DNA of 32,000 nt from Candidatus Thorarchaeota archaeon (GTDB lineage Archaea; Asgardarchaeota; Heimdallarchaeia; Hodarchaeales; Hodarchaeaceae): contig JBHLRO010000030.1 in assembly GCA_048882505.1 (NCBI GenBank), positions 1 through 32,000 on the forward strand, written 5' to 3'. The notes beneath the pieces were generated by a model. It ran no database searches. It was not told the origin of the DNA and saw nothing but the letters and a program-made list of their open reading frames with translations. This document shows, one piece after another, positions 1-8,956 of this stretch. The position numbers were made by a program, and so were the translations under genes. Each line of letters starts with the position of its first letter. Within the stretch, counting starts at the first letter, position 1.

Positions 1-1
1 G

Positions 2-691
2 GTGTCGGATTTGGATCAAGCATCTCCCAAAAGTGGGCTGAGAAAGAGATATGAAGCGTTTTTTGCCCCGTTTGGGAAACTTCTCGCGAATACACGGCTT
101 TCGCCCAATATGATTTCTCTTTTAAGTCTAGGTACTAGTATTATTAGTTGTCTTGCTTATTCATTGGGCCCAATAATTGGGATGACTGTAGGATTATTGG
201 TTGGGACTCTTCTCCTTGGACTTTCTTCCTTACTTGATATGTTGGATGGAAGTTTAGCACGGGCTAAAGGGGTAACAGGCCATTTTGGAGCTCTTTTGGA
301 TCGAACTCTTGACCGGATTTCAGAGTTTTTCTTTCTTTTAGGCATAATGTTGGGGGAATATGTTCACTTTGGACTGGTTTTTTTCGGTTTTGAAGGAATG
401 ATATTAGCTAGTTATGTTCGTGCCGCTGCGGAAGAACGTGGGAGCCTAAAGATGACCTCTACAATCGGAATTTTTGAAAGAAAGGAAAAACTTACCCTCT
501 TAGCAATGGGGTGTGTACTTGAAGCCTTTTTTTATCAAGGAATGACCTGGATGCCCCCTTCCTGGTGGCCCTTCTCATTCGGAATTCTCCCAGTAGTAAT
601 CATTGTAATTGGGATCCTTTCGAACCTGTCTGCAGTACAACGTTTACGCTACGCCCGTACTTTTTATTCTTCTGTTGAAAAATCCCCGTAA
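2..691 (+). CDS. pgsA: CDP-alcohol phosphatidyltransferase (probably archaetidylinositol-phosphate synthase type)
   Basis: Signature DMLDGSLARAKGVTGHFGALLDRTLD (DGxxAR..GxxxDxxxD) and several hydrophobic helices. GTG start lies at the window edge, so the true start could be upstream. Substrate is not determinable from sequence. Confidence 0.88.
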   Translation: MSDLDQASPKSGLRKRYEAFFAPFGKLLANTRLSPNMISLLSLGTSIISCLAYSLGPIIGMTVGLLVGTLLLGLSSLLDMLDGSLARAKGVTGHFGALLDRTLDRISEFFFLLGIMLGEYVHFGLVFFGFEGMILASYVRAAAEERGSLKMTSTIGIFERKEKLTLLAMGCVLEAFFYQGMTWMPPSWWPFSFGILPVVIIVIGILSNLSAVQRLRYARTFYSSVEKSP

Positions 692-720
692 TGATAAGGA
701 AACGGAAAATCCTCGGACGG

Positions 721-2034
721 TCACGTGGGTCGGGAAATTTTGATCCTTTTTTTACAGATTGGACATTTAGCGTTTATTTTCAACCATTCGGCAAGATGGG
801 CGTAATGGGCTGGTGATCCGCACTCCGGACATCTTACCAAGGATCTATTCTCAGAAATTGGCATCCTGCAAACGGTGCAAAATTCTTCCACCTCCTCCAT
901 GAAATCCGTGTCAACGCTGTTAGATATGCTCACTTGAGACCCTACGAGAATATTTGCTCTTCTTAAAAACGATTCTGCAGCCTGTGGAGCTACCGAGCGG
1001 GCATGATCCGCAGCACGATGGTATAGCTTGGCGGCATACGTTGGATTCGTTTCTTCATTTGCTAAACCTGCTTCTGCCAGAATAGGCGTAGGAGCGTTTG
1101 ATCCTAGGCTATCTAAAAGCTCATCGTATAGGGCTATTGCCTGATTCGTTTCTTTCTTTCGTAGAATGTCCCTTGCCGAGTCAAGGATCTTAAGAATTCT
1201 CTCGTATTCCTTAATAGTTTTCAAATGCTTAGTAAATTGTTCTGGAATTACCTTCCTTTCCTGATCTGGTAGATTATCCATAATGTTTTTGACGATTGCA
1301 AGGCTCCTTCGCATTTGTTCTATCTCCCCTTTCTCTAAGTGATTAGTAACATTATTCAGATAGTATTGGAGGGCAACTCCCGATTGTCCAGCTGAGGTCA
1401 CATATTGATTAGCAATATCATCCAAGCCTTTTTGCTTCATCTCTGTTGCCGCAGCAATTAAAACGGCATTTGCCTCCTCTTCCGCTCCAATTGTACGAAG
1501 TAGTTCAGCTGCTTCCATAAATTTCTGGTTATTGTACGCGTGCTTTGCTAAATTTCGAATTGCTTGGTCGCGATCATGAATGAGAGAAAGGTTCTGATCT
1601 ATTACCTGAATAGCTGCTGGAACGTAATCTAATCCCGAATCAGCAAAAATTTTGGCTGCAGCAAAAGGTTTTTTTGCTAACACAAAGGCCTTGGCAGCAG
1701 TGTGAGGATCCCGTTGCGCAATGTTTGATCTGGCCAATCTAAGGAAAGCTCGCTCCACCTTCTGCCTAGGAAAACGGTTCTCCAGTCTTCTGAGCGCTAG
1801 TACCTGGGATCCTTCTGGACTCCGAAGCACCAGTCTCGCTGACTCTTCCAGAGAATGACGAGCTAGAAGATCGAGGGCATCCATATACTGCCCGCGATCT
1901 TCTAGGTTTTGAGCCTGCTGTATATATTTGGACTTATTCCTTCGGGTAGTTAACCAAACTATAATAACGATTACAGATCCAAATATTATAAGGAGACTTG
2001 GATTATCCATGCCACCCATCAATTGATTGAACAT
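721..2034 (-). CDS. Membrane-anchored helical-repeat (TPR/alpha-solenoid-like) protein with C-terminal RING-like zinc finger; putative E3 ligase
   Basis: N-terminal TM (LLIIFGSVIVIIVWL-TTRRNK), Ala-rich helical repeats, and C-terminal CxxC-x12-CxxC-x4-HxxH-x10-CxxC with W in LAEWLK (nt ~754-879). Confidence 0.75.
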   Translation of the reverse strand: MFNQLMGGMDNPSLLIIFGSVIVIIVWLTTRRNKSKYIQQAQNLEDRGQYMDALDLLARHSLEESARLVLRSPEGSQVLALRRLENRFPRQKVERAFLRLARSNIAQRDPHTAAKAFVLAKKPFAAAKIFADSGLDYVPAAIQVIDQNLSLIHDRDQAIRNLAKHAYNNQKFMEAAELLRTIGAEEEANAVLIAAATEMKQKGLDDIANQYVTSAGQSGVALQYYLNNVTNHLEKGEIEQMRRSLAIVKNIMDNLPDQERKVIPEQFTKHLKTIKEYERILKILDSARDILRKKETNQAIALYDELLDSLGSNAPTPILAEAGLANEETNPTYAAKLYHRAADHARSVAPQAAESFLRRANILVGSQVSISNSVDTDFMEEVEEFCTVCRMPISENRSLVRCPECGSPAHYAHLAEWLKINAKCPICKKRIKISRPT

Positions 2035-2186
2035 GATTATTTTCCTAGATCCCAGCTTTTTTGCTTCTAGAACTGATGATTAAAGGTCATATCAAGGGCT
2101 TTTGAATTTACGCTTCTTGGAATATATATCATTCAAACCTTTCTACCACGGAGGATGCGGAGCATGCATCCCTTCGAAATGGAATA

Positions 2187-4445
2187 TTAGAGGTACGAAT
2201 CAGCAATTTTCTTGACGGCCTTTTTTAATAGACTCTGAGCGCTTTTCCAAGTCAATCCTGTTTTTCCTAAGGTCTGTCCCCAAGTCCTACCTTGAAGAAT
2301 TCTGGAAACAAGCAACATTTCTTGAGCGGAACTAAGTTTGATAGAGTTTGCTACCACAAAGTGCATAACCGCCAATTCGTACATCGCATCGACAGCGAGC
2401 AAGAAGTTTAAGTGGCCATTCAAATAATTGGTAAGCCTTAGTCGTGCCGAAGCTGTCATATTCGGGCTATAATTCTCAACGGGGTGACAGCCCTTCAAGA
2501 TCTGAATAACTAGTTCTGGCCGCATTTCGAATAAAGACTGTTTTAGAAGGGCGATGAACTGTAAGGCAAAATCTGCTGAAGTCTGTTCAATAATTCCTTT
2601 GGCAGATGAAGAGAACGGAAGTACAAAAACTATATTCCACTCTCCTGAAACAGGCGTCTTCGTGGGACGGATATGGACAGGTAAAAATCCAAATTTTCTC
2701 CAAAATTTCACCAATTTGATTGTTGCACCGTGACTCACCCCTATCCAGTCGTATTTACCTTTAAACTTCGTTATATGTGCTTCGACTGTGAGTCGGCCAA
2801 ACCCTTTTCCTAGTAACTTTGGATGAGATGCAATCCTTACAATACGTAGACCCCGAAGCTTGGCAAAACCAGAAGAAAAATGCCGAATGGCAATAGATGG
2901 AATGAGATTTCCAGGGATAAATTCCCCCATGGCAATTCGTGAGATTTTAGGTTCAGAAAGCCCTCCTTCTTTTGCTAAATGACTTGCTGCAATAAAATTA
3001 GTGTCTTTCTTATCTTTATCTTCTAAAAGACCGAGCAAGAAATGTTGATCGGAGTCAGCCAACAGTAATAAATCATTTGGCTGATTACGGTAATGGGCAT
3101 ATACAAGCAGACCAAATAAGCTCCTAAGATGATGGATCCCTTGGTTTGAGAAAAGAAATCTAGGATCACTATATTCCTGAAGAATCAAGAGGGTGCGATT
3201 GATATCTTGGTTCTTAATGTCGATTTTGTTTAATTCAACATCGAGGAGGAAGGTATTACTAAGCAATTTTTCAATCAAATCGCCTTCTAGATACCTTATT
3301 GGGGTCGATAAGCTAAAGATTCGGTGGGGAATGCGTTTTTGGCGGGTCAAATATTGAATCACTTTGTGCTGAAAACCTCTTCCTGATCCCTCATAGCCGT
3401 GAATGGTAGATATCAGAACCTTCTGTACTTGAGTCTGGATAATTGACCTTAATTTTTCGATAGGAAGGGCCGCTGCTTCATCAACAATAACCAGACTGGC
3501 CTTCGTTTGATTTGAAATTTCGCTCGGACTGACATAAACAATTCTAAGCTTGCCTGAAATGTGAACCTCGGTAATTAGATTCTTATCTTTAATAGCTTGA
3601 AAATCAACTCGTTGTTCTCGGAGTCCCTTTCGCAGGAATTTAAACAGGATTTGGACATTTGATAAATCCGGTGCCGTCACTACCACGCGCCTGAATCGTT
3701 GATTCCTTTGATGGTCATTCGGAATCAGTTGAGAAAGAGTTATCCCAACAGTAGCCGATTTTCCTCGTCCTCTATTTGCCACTACGACCGAACAGTTGTT
3801 TGGATTTGACTTATCTGAAAGAATTTCCGTCAGAGCGGTAATTACTTCTTTTTGATCAGGTGTAACATCAAACCCATTTGTTTTTGCCGTTAGATTTACT
3901 GTATAATGCATTGGATTGAATCGGCGAAGAATCTCTTGACTAGACAGATCCTCAATTATGCAATGGGGATTTTGTTTGATATTTTCGAGAAACCAGCTCA
4001 ATAAATATGATTTCGGCGTGAACTCCCTCGCAGGCGAAATTTGACTACGATTCACCGTTAAAATCCACTCCTCATAAGGTAAGCCGCAGATGATAACGAG
4101 TCCTCCTCCACAAACTGTTTCAATTAGCAGGCTCACTTTGTTCGGATGAAATGTCCACCTTAGATCAAGTACCAGAAAATCTAATGTTTGCCCCAAAAGT
4201 GGTGTGAAATCTTTTAGAGAGATTACCCGAACTTGGGTTAAATATGGTAGGATCGGATAAGCTTCATTGAGAATTACCGATTCATCGGGATCTTCTTCAG
4301 TGATGATTGCCCCCCTAACCCCGCGGTTGTTTTTCTCATACAAATGCTGAAGAAAGCCTCCAATTGTATGAGAGAGAGCAATTGCATCTTGAAACAGGAC
4401 AAGACTCCTTTTGTATGCTTCATAATGATTCTGAGACAGGGTCAA
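2187..4445 (-). CDS. tmcA: tRNA/RNA cytidine N4-acetyltransferase (TmcA/NAT10 family)
   Basis: Walker A variant ANRGRGKSA, DEAAA, STIHGYEGSGRGF, GNLIP, and GNAT motif RIVRIASHP..GKGFG. TTG start. Confidence 0.95.
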   Translation of the reverse strand: MTLSQNHYEAYKRSLVLFQDAIALSHTIGGFLQHLYEKNNRGVRGAIITEEDPDESVILNEAYPILPYLTQVRVISLKDFTPLLGQTLDFLVLDLRWTFHPNKVSLLIETVCGGGLVIICGLPYEEWILTVNRSQISPAREFTPKSYLLSWFLENIKQNPHCIIEDLSSQEILRRFNPMHYTVNLTAKTNGFDVTPDQKEVITALTEILSDKSNPNNCSVVVANRGRGKSATVGITLSQLIPNDHQRNQRFRRVVVTAPDLSNVQILFKFLRKGLREQRVDFQAIKDKNLITEVHISGKLRIVYVSPSEISNQTKASLVIVDEAAALPIEKLRSIIQTQVQKVLISTIHGYEGSGRGFQHKVIQYLTRQKRIPHRIFSLSTPIRYLEGDLIEKLLSNTFLLDVELNKIDIKNQDINRTLLILQEYSDPRFLFSNQGIHHLRSLFGLLVYAHYRNQPNDLLLLADSDQHFLLGLLEDKDKKDTNFIAASHLAKEGGLSEPKISRIAMGEFIPGNLIPSIAIRHFSSGFAKLRGLRIVRIASHPKLLGKGFGRLTVEAHITKFKGKYDWIGVSHGATIKLVKFWRKFGFLPVHIRPTKTPVSGEWNIVFVLPFSSSAKGIIEQTSADFALQFIALLKQSLFEMRPELVIQILKGCHPVENYSPNMTASARLRLTNYLNGHLNFLLAVDAMYELAVMHFVVANSIKLSSAQEMLLVSRILQGRTWGQTLGKTGLTWKSAQSLLKKAVKKIADSYL

Positions 4446-4476
4446 CCAGGCCTCTGTCGGTCAAGTGATTCTCACT

Positions 4477-5046
4477 TTATTGGATTTCGATTTTAGTAAC
4501 TTTCTTTTTTGCTTTCTCCAATATTTCATCACAAACAGATATCGCAATCTCGTGTTCCTTTTTGATACTCTTTACCTCTTTTAAGACCCTTTTTTGTTCA
4601 GAATGGGACAGGGCCTTTTCATCAAGGAGTTTTTGAAGTGTATTAAGGCGGGGAAAACTTGAACAACGCAATCGGTGCTGGGGAGGCGACTCCCCTTTTG
4701 TACGACGAATGAAAGCTGCCACATCAGGCACCACGCTATAATAAAGCCTAGGTCGCCCTCTACGAGATGGTCTATCATGTCTCTCTTCACCTTTTACTAA
4801 ATTATGCTTTTTAAGAACCTCCAAATGTCTGATGATCGATTGTGGGTGATCATCTAATCTTCTAACCAGCTCATTGACAAAGCCCTCTCCTGCTGCCAGC
4901 TCTGCCAGCATTCGGCGCCGGGTTCGATTTGCTAGCAGGTGGAGAATTTCGTCAATTTCTTGTACATCTAGAAATCCTCGGTTTTCGATCTTAAAGGATA
5001 ATACTTTTAGTATTAATTCTATTTCACTTAGCGTGTCATCAACCAT
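4477..5046 (-). CDS. ArsR-type winged-HTH regulator with C-terminal coiled coil (Phr/HSR1-like heat-shock repressor candidate)
   Basis: LANRTRRRMLAEL...ELVRRL..HPQSIIRHLEVLKKHNLV wHTH, wing RGRPRLYY, C-terminal heptad helices. SD AGGAGG upstream. Confidence 0.8.
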   Translation of the reverse strand: MVDDTLSEIELILKVLSFKIENRGFLDVQEIDEILHLLANRTRRRMLAELAAGEGFVNELVRRLDDHPQSIIRHLEVLKKHNLVKGEERHDRPSRRGRPRLYYSVVPDVAAFIRRTKGESPPQHRLRCSSFPRLNTLQKLLDEKALSHSEQKRVLKEVKSIKKEHEIAISVCDEILEKAKKKVTKIEIQ

Positions 5047-5057
5047 ATTGTGACCTC

Positions 5058-5846
5058 CTAAACAAAAAATTGGGAATCAGGATCGCTTGGTTTATTTTGA
5101 TCCCTTTTACCTCCTAATGTGCTTACATAATGAGTTTTGAACTCATGGGCTTTCTCTTCTAATTCGCTGAAATCCCCAATAAATCCCCATTCCTCCGACA
5201 AGTGTAATAATAACGTGTACGACGAAATCGGATCATATTCTGGGAAGGTGTCTACCGCGAACACTTCTACTGGGATATTATTTCCCCAATAAGTTAGAAA
5301 AGAGCATGCGATCTGACCACAGAGAGTAAACGAATTACCCGAGGTAATCATCTCACTCATTACCTCTAAATGTTGCTCATTGGAAGCAATCTTATGTACT
5401 AGAGGTTTTTTATCCATCGAACGATCCCGATTGTATACTCCATCTACCAACAGAATCTTTGCGACTTTATGTTTCTGATAAAAACGATAGAGTTCCTCTG
5501 CTATTTGATATCCAATTGCATCTGGAATTGCAAAATTGGTTGTAGCAAGGAAATATGGACGATCTCGAATTTCCAAATATTGAATTGTGATTGGAAGAAG
5601 TATTTCATTTGAGGATAATTGTACCATTTCGGTCATGTGGTTTGTAAAAAATCCTGCTAATTTATTCATTCTTGGAGTCGCACGTCGGATTTCGCTGGCC
5701 ACCAAATGGCCTACTGCACCATAATACCCCAAAATTTCGATTGCCACGGCACCGACAGGCGGAGAAAAATCGTTTTGAATGATAAATCGTAAATTATCCT
5801 GTTCTTCCATTTCTTCTAAGAAAGTTTCCACATTTGGTACTTCCAT
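5058..5846 (-). CDS. PAC2-family proteasome assembly chaperone (PbaA/PbaB-like)
   Basis: GYYGAVGHLVA (GxxGxVG-like), mid-protein 'ILLVDG', overall size, and position in the operon with cdc48. Confidence 0.7.
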   Translation of the reverse strand: MEVPNVETFLEEMEEQDNLRFIIQNDFSPPVGAVAIEILGYYGAVGHLVASEIRRATPRMNKLAGFFTNHMTEMVQLSSNEILLPITIQYLEIRDRPYFLATTNFAIPDAIGYQIAEELYRFYQKHKVAKILLVDGVYNRDRSMDKKPLVHKIASNEQHLEVMSEMITSGNSFTLCGQIACSFLTYWGNNIPVEVFAVDTFPEYDPISSYTLLLHLSEEWGFIGDFSELEEKAHEFKTHYVSTLGGKRDQNKPSDPDSQFFV

Positions 5847-5860
5847 ACTATGTGCACAGA

Positions 5861-8071
5861 TTAATGGTTTTCATGAGGAGGTCGAATGAAATTGAGCGCT
5901 TGAGCAACATCAGCAGGGTCTATCTCTGGTTTATTCTTCTCAATCAATTTTGATATCGTGTCTGGTTGGATTCCATCTAGCATCTCCTTTTGATCTTGAA
6001 GAAATCGGTTAATAGAGAGGAAGGCCGCACGACTTATCAGCCCTTTCAAATCTGCTCCACTAAAACCTTCAGTTTTTTTTGCTAGTTCGGGTAATAACAC
6101 TTGTTTTGATAATGGCTTATGTCTAGTCAGTACACGTAGAATATCCTCTCTAGCAGGTGCATTGGGTAGAGGGAGTTCGATTATTCTTTCAAACCTTCCG
6201 GGCCTTAAGAGTGCTGGATCAAGCACCGAAGGGCGGTTAGTTGCCGCGATCACAATAACATCGCGTAACTCTTCCAACCCACTCATTTCCGTTAACAATG
6301 TGGTTACAATACGGTCTGATGCACCCCCATCCAAGCCAGACACGGTCCTAGATGGAGTCAGGGCATCAATTTCGTCGAAAAAAATGATGCAGGGAGCACC
6401 CAGGCGGGCTTTTCGAAAGGTCTCTTGAATTATTTTTTCGCTCTCTCCCAACCACTTAGAGTGGACTTCTGATCCTTTTACATAGATGAAATTTCTCGAA
6501 ACTTCATTTGCGATGGCACGGACAAGCAGGGTTTTTCCAGTTCCAGGTTTTCCAATCAGAAGGATCCCTCGTGGCACCTCTGCATCCATATAGTTGAACA
6601 GGTCTGGATATTTTGTGGGCCATTCGATAATCTCCTTGAGCTCATGCTTAACATCGTCTAATCCCCCTACATCATCCCATGTGACAGTAGGGATTTCGAG
6701 GAAAACTTCCCGGAGAGCACTGGGTTTAATCTCTGCTAAGGCATTATTAAAATCCTCTTGTAAAACAGTTATTTGCTCAATGATTTCAGCTGGAACATCT
6801 TCGTCCCACGTGATTTGAGGAAATACTCTCCGAATCGATCGCATAGCAGCTTCCTTGGTTAGGGAAGCCAAATCGGCACCAACAAATCCATGGGTACGAT
6901 CAGCCAATAATTCCAAATCCACTTCATCTGCTAATGGCATCGCTCTAGTATGAATTCCCAGAATAACTAGACGGCCTTCTTTATTGGGAACTCCAAGCTC
7001 GATTTCACGGTCAAAACGACCAGGTCGACGAAGGGCGGGATCAATTGCATTAGGTCTATTCGTAGCTCCAATCACAACTAACTCCCCCCGGCCTTCCAAG
7101 CCATCCATAAGCGCCAGCATTTGGGACACGACTCGACGTTCAAGTTCCCCTGAATTAGAGTCATCACGTTTGGTGGCTATGCTGTCAATTTCATCAATAA
7201 ACAGGATACTAGGTGCATTTTGTCTAGCTTCCTCGAATATGTCTCTAATCTTTTGTTCACTCTCACCATAAAACTTTGACATGATTTCTGGTCCAGAGAC
7301 GGTTATAAAATGTGCATCAGTTTCATTTGCCACGGCCTTGGCTAGAAGGGTCTTACCTGTTCCCGGCGGGCCATGAAGGAGGACTCCTTTTGGAGGTTCT
7401 ACCCCAAGTCTTTCAAACAGTTGGGGATAGCGCATTGGCAATTCAACCATTTCTCTTATCTTCTTAATCGTTTCGTCCATTCCCCCAATTTCCTCGTACG
7501 AAACTTTGGGAACAACCTGCATTTCACTTAGAGTTTCAGAAAAAGAATCAGAAGCCTCTTTTACTTCAAATACAGTAATTGTATCGACGTAAACGGAATG
7601 CTCTCTTTCTGGTATTATCTCAAGAACTTTATAATCGATATTTTGCCCCATGTAGGGTACCCGGAGGACGTCATCAATAGAAATCGCACGATCTTGGAGA
7701 GTTTTTTGAAAATATCCTGTCACGTTACTTATTGTGTAATTGGACATTGGTGCTAGGATGATTTTCTCTGCTGGACTGAGGGTTACCTTACTAACCGTGA
7801 CAATATCATCAAGGCGAACCCCCGCATTCGTACGTGTCGCCGCATCAATCGAAATGGTTAATCCATATTCATCGGATTTAAATGCGTGCCAAACCACCAC
7901 TGTCGTTTTCTTCTCGGTAGGGCCCTCGATCTCTATTATATCACCCGCTGATACCCCTAATTTGTTCATAATCCGCTTTGAAATTCGTGCCCGTCCCCGA
8001 TCTACATCTTGGTAGGCGGCTTCTTTGACCTTTAGCCTAACTGAGTTTGAAGCCAAAATTAGTCCACCCAT
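5861..8071 (-). CDS. cdc48: CDC48/p97/VAT-family double AAA+ ATPase
   Basis: N-domain (DVDRGRARIS, IDAATRTNAGV). D1: GPPGTGKT / FIDEID / ALRRPGRFDR. D2: GKPGTGKT / FFDEID / LLRPGRFER. Alternative TTG start at 8056 with a GGTGGA SD. Confidence 0.97.
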   Translation of the reverse strand: MGGLILASNSVRLKVKEAAYQDVDRGRARISKRIMNKLGVSAGDIIEIEGPTEKKTTVVVWHAFKSDEYGLTISIDAATRTNAGVRLDDIVTVSKVTLSPAEKIILAPMSNYTISNVTGYFQKTLQDRAISIDDVLRVPYMGQNIDYKVLEIIPEREHSVYVDTITVFEVKEASDSFSETLSEMQVVPKVSYEEIGGMDETIKKIREMVELPMRYPQLFERLGVEPPKGVLLHGPPGTGKTLLAKAVANETDAHFITVSGPEIMSKFYGESEQKIRDIFEEARQNAPSILFIDEIDSIATKRDDSNSGELERRVVSQMLALMDGLEGRGELVVIGATNRPNAIDPALRRPGRFDREIELGVPNKEGRLVILGIHTRAMPLADEVDLELLADRTHGFVGADLASLTKEAAMRSIRRVFPQITWDEDVPAEIIEQITVLQEDFNNALAEIKPSALREVFLEIPTVTWDDVGGLDDVKHELKEIIEWPTKYPDLFNYMDAEVPRGILLIGKPGTGKTLLVRAIANEVSRNFIYVKGSEVHSKWLGESEKIIQETFRKARLGAPCIIFFDEIDALTPSRTVSGLDGGASDRIVTTLLTEMSGLEELRDVIVIAATNRPSVLDPALLRPGRFERIIELPLPNAPAREDILRVLTRHKPLSKQVLLPELAKKTEGFSGADLKGLISRAAFLSINRFLQDQKEMLDGIQPDTISKLIEKNKPEIDPADVAQALNFIRPPHENH

Positions 8072-8113
8072 GATTCAAACGGTAGGTTGAAAATGTATGT
8101 AACGGGGTGAATC

Positions 8114-8737
8114 TTATCCCACGGGGACTTTGGTACTGCGTTCTTTGTCAGTAGATTTCTTCAATTCGACCTCGAGGACGCCATTCTTAAATTTTGCCGA
8201 GGCTGACTCAGGAATAATGATGCAAGGGAGATCTAATTCCTTGTAATACTTTCTATTCATATCTTCAGAGCTTGCCTGAACAAGTAGACTATTTTCGGTT
8301 GTGGACAAATCGATGTTTTCTTTTTGCACCCCAGGGATTTCCGCAATCACTCTCACAACATCAGTGTCCTCGATTACATCAACTAACGGTTCTCGTTCCG
8401 CAGAAGGTTGAAAGCCTGTTCTTCCTGTCATTTGACGGGGATTATTGCCAAAACGTTCGATATGTGGGCGTCCATCGGGCCCCGTCGTCATTCGAAAACC
8501 CCATACAAAGCCTGGTGGATTATTCTCACCCTCTACAGGGGTACTCAGGCTAAATCTTCGAAACAAATCTTCTAGGAAATAATCCATCTTGTTGAAAATA
8601 TCGTCAAAGGATACCCCACCGAATTGGTCAAAAAAATTCTCAAAAATATCATCGAAGGGAGTTCTCCCACTTCTACGTCGGGGATACCGCCGGTGACGGT
8701 CGTCTTCATCATTAGGGTCAGTTGTTGGATCAGACAT
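8114..8737 (-). CDS. hsp20: Small heat-shock protein (archaeal Hsp20)
   Basis: GFRMTTGPDGRPHIERFGN, EREPLVDV, alpha-crystallin AEIPGV..FKNGVLEV. Start moved from the track's 8836 to ATG 8737, which has a GGAGA SD. Confidence 0.95.
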   Translation of the reverse strand: MSDPTTDPNDEDDRHRRYPRRRSGRTPFDDIFENFFDQFGGVSFDDIFNKMDYFLEDLFRRFSLSTPVEGENNPPGFVWGFRMTTGPDGRPHIERFGNNPRQMTGRTGFQPSAEREPLVDVIEDTDVVRVIAEIPGVQKENIDLSTTENSLLVQASSEDMNRKYYKELDLPCIIIPESASAKFKNGVLEVELKKSTDKERSTKVPVG

Positions 8738-8784
8738 GTAACTATCTCCATCTAACGTGAATAATGAGTCAAATAAAGGCCAAT

Positions 8785-8804
8785 TACTTATAATTAAAAT
8801 AAGT
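8785..8804 (-). promoter_or_regulatory. TATA-like box of the hsp20 operon overlapped by palindrome ACTTAT-N7-ATAAGT (candidate operator)
   Basis: Minus strand ATTATAAGTA at 8794-8785, about 48 nt before the ATG. Perfect 6-bp arms at 8786-8791 and 8799-8804. Confidence 0.4.
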
Positions 8805-8956
8805 TGCTGTAAGGTGTGAATAAAAAGAAAAGACAAGGGTCATAGTCGTGAAATGGAAAATTCGTTGTTTCTATAAGATTATAAGTAGAGCATCATCCTC
8901 TAGTATTTATTAACGATTTGTGAATAATACCTGAATTTAAATCAAGAAATAAATGT

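Noticed and set aside
2151-2172. Small inverted repeat GGATGC-N7-GCATCC downstream of tmcA
   Set aside because: Only 6 bp with no adjacent T-tract, so it cannot be distinguished from chance.
2187-4445. Functional link between TmcA (CCG-targeting ac4C writer) and the CCGG switch of the 5S precursor
   Set aside because: The genes are 15 kb apart and CCG motifs are normal in 5S, so there is no sequence evidence for a connection.
8738-8836. N-terminal 33-aa extension of Hsp20 in the ORF track
   Set aside because: It runs through the AT-rich promoter, and ATG 8737 has an SD and a plausible sHSP N-terminus.
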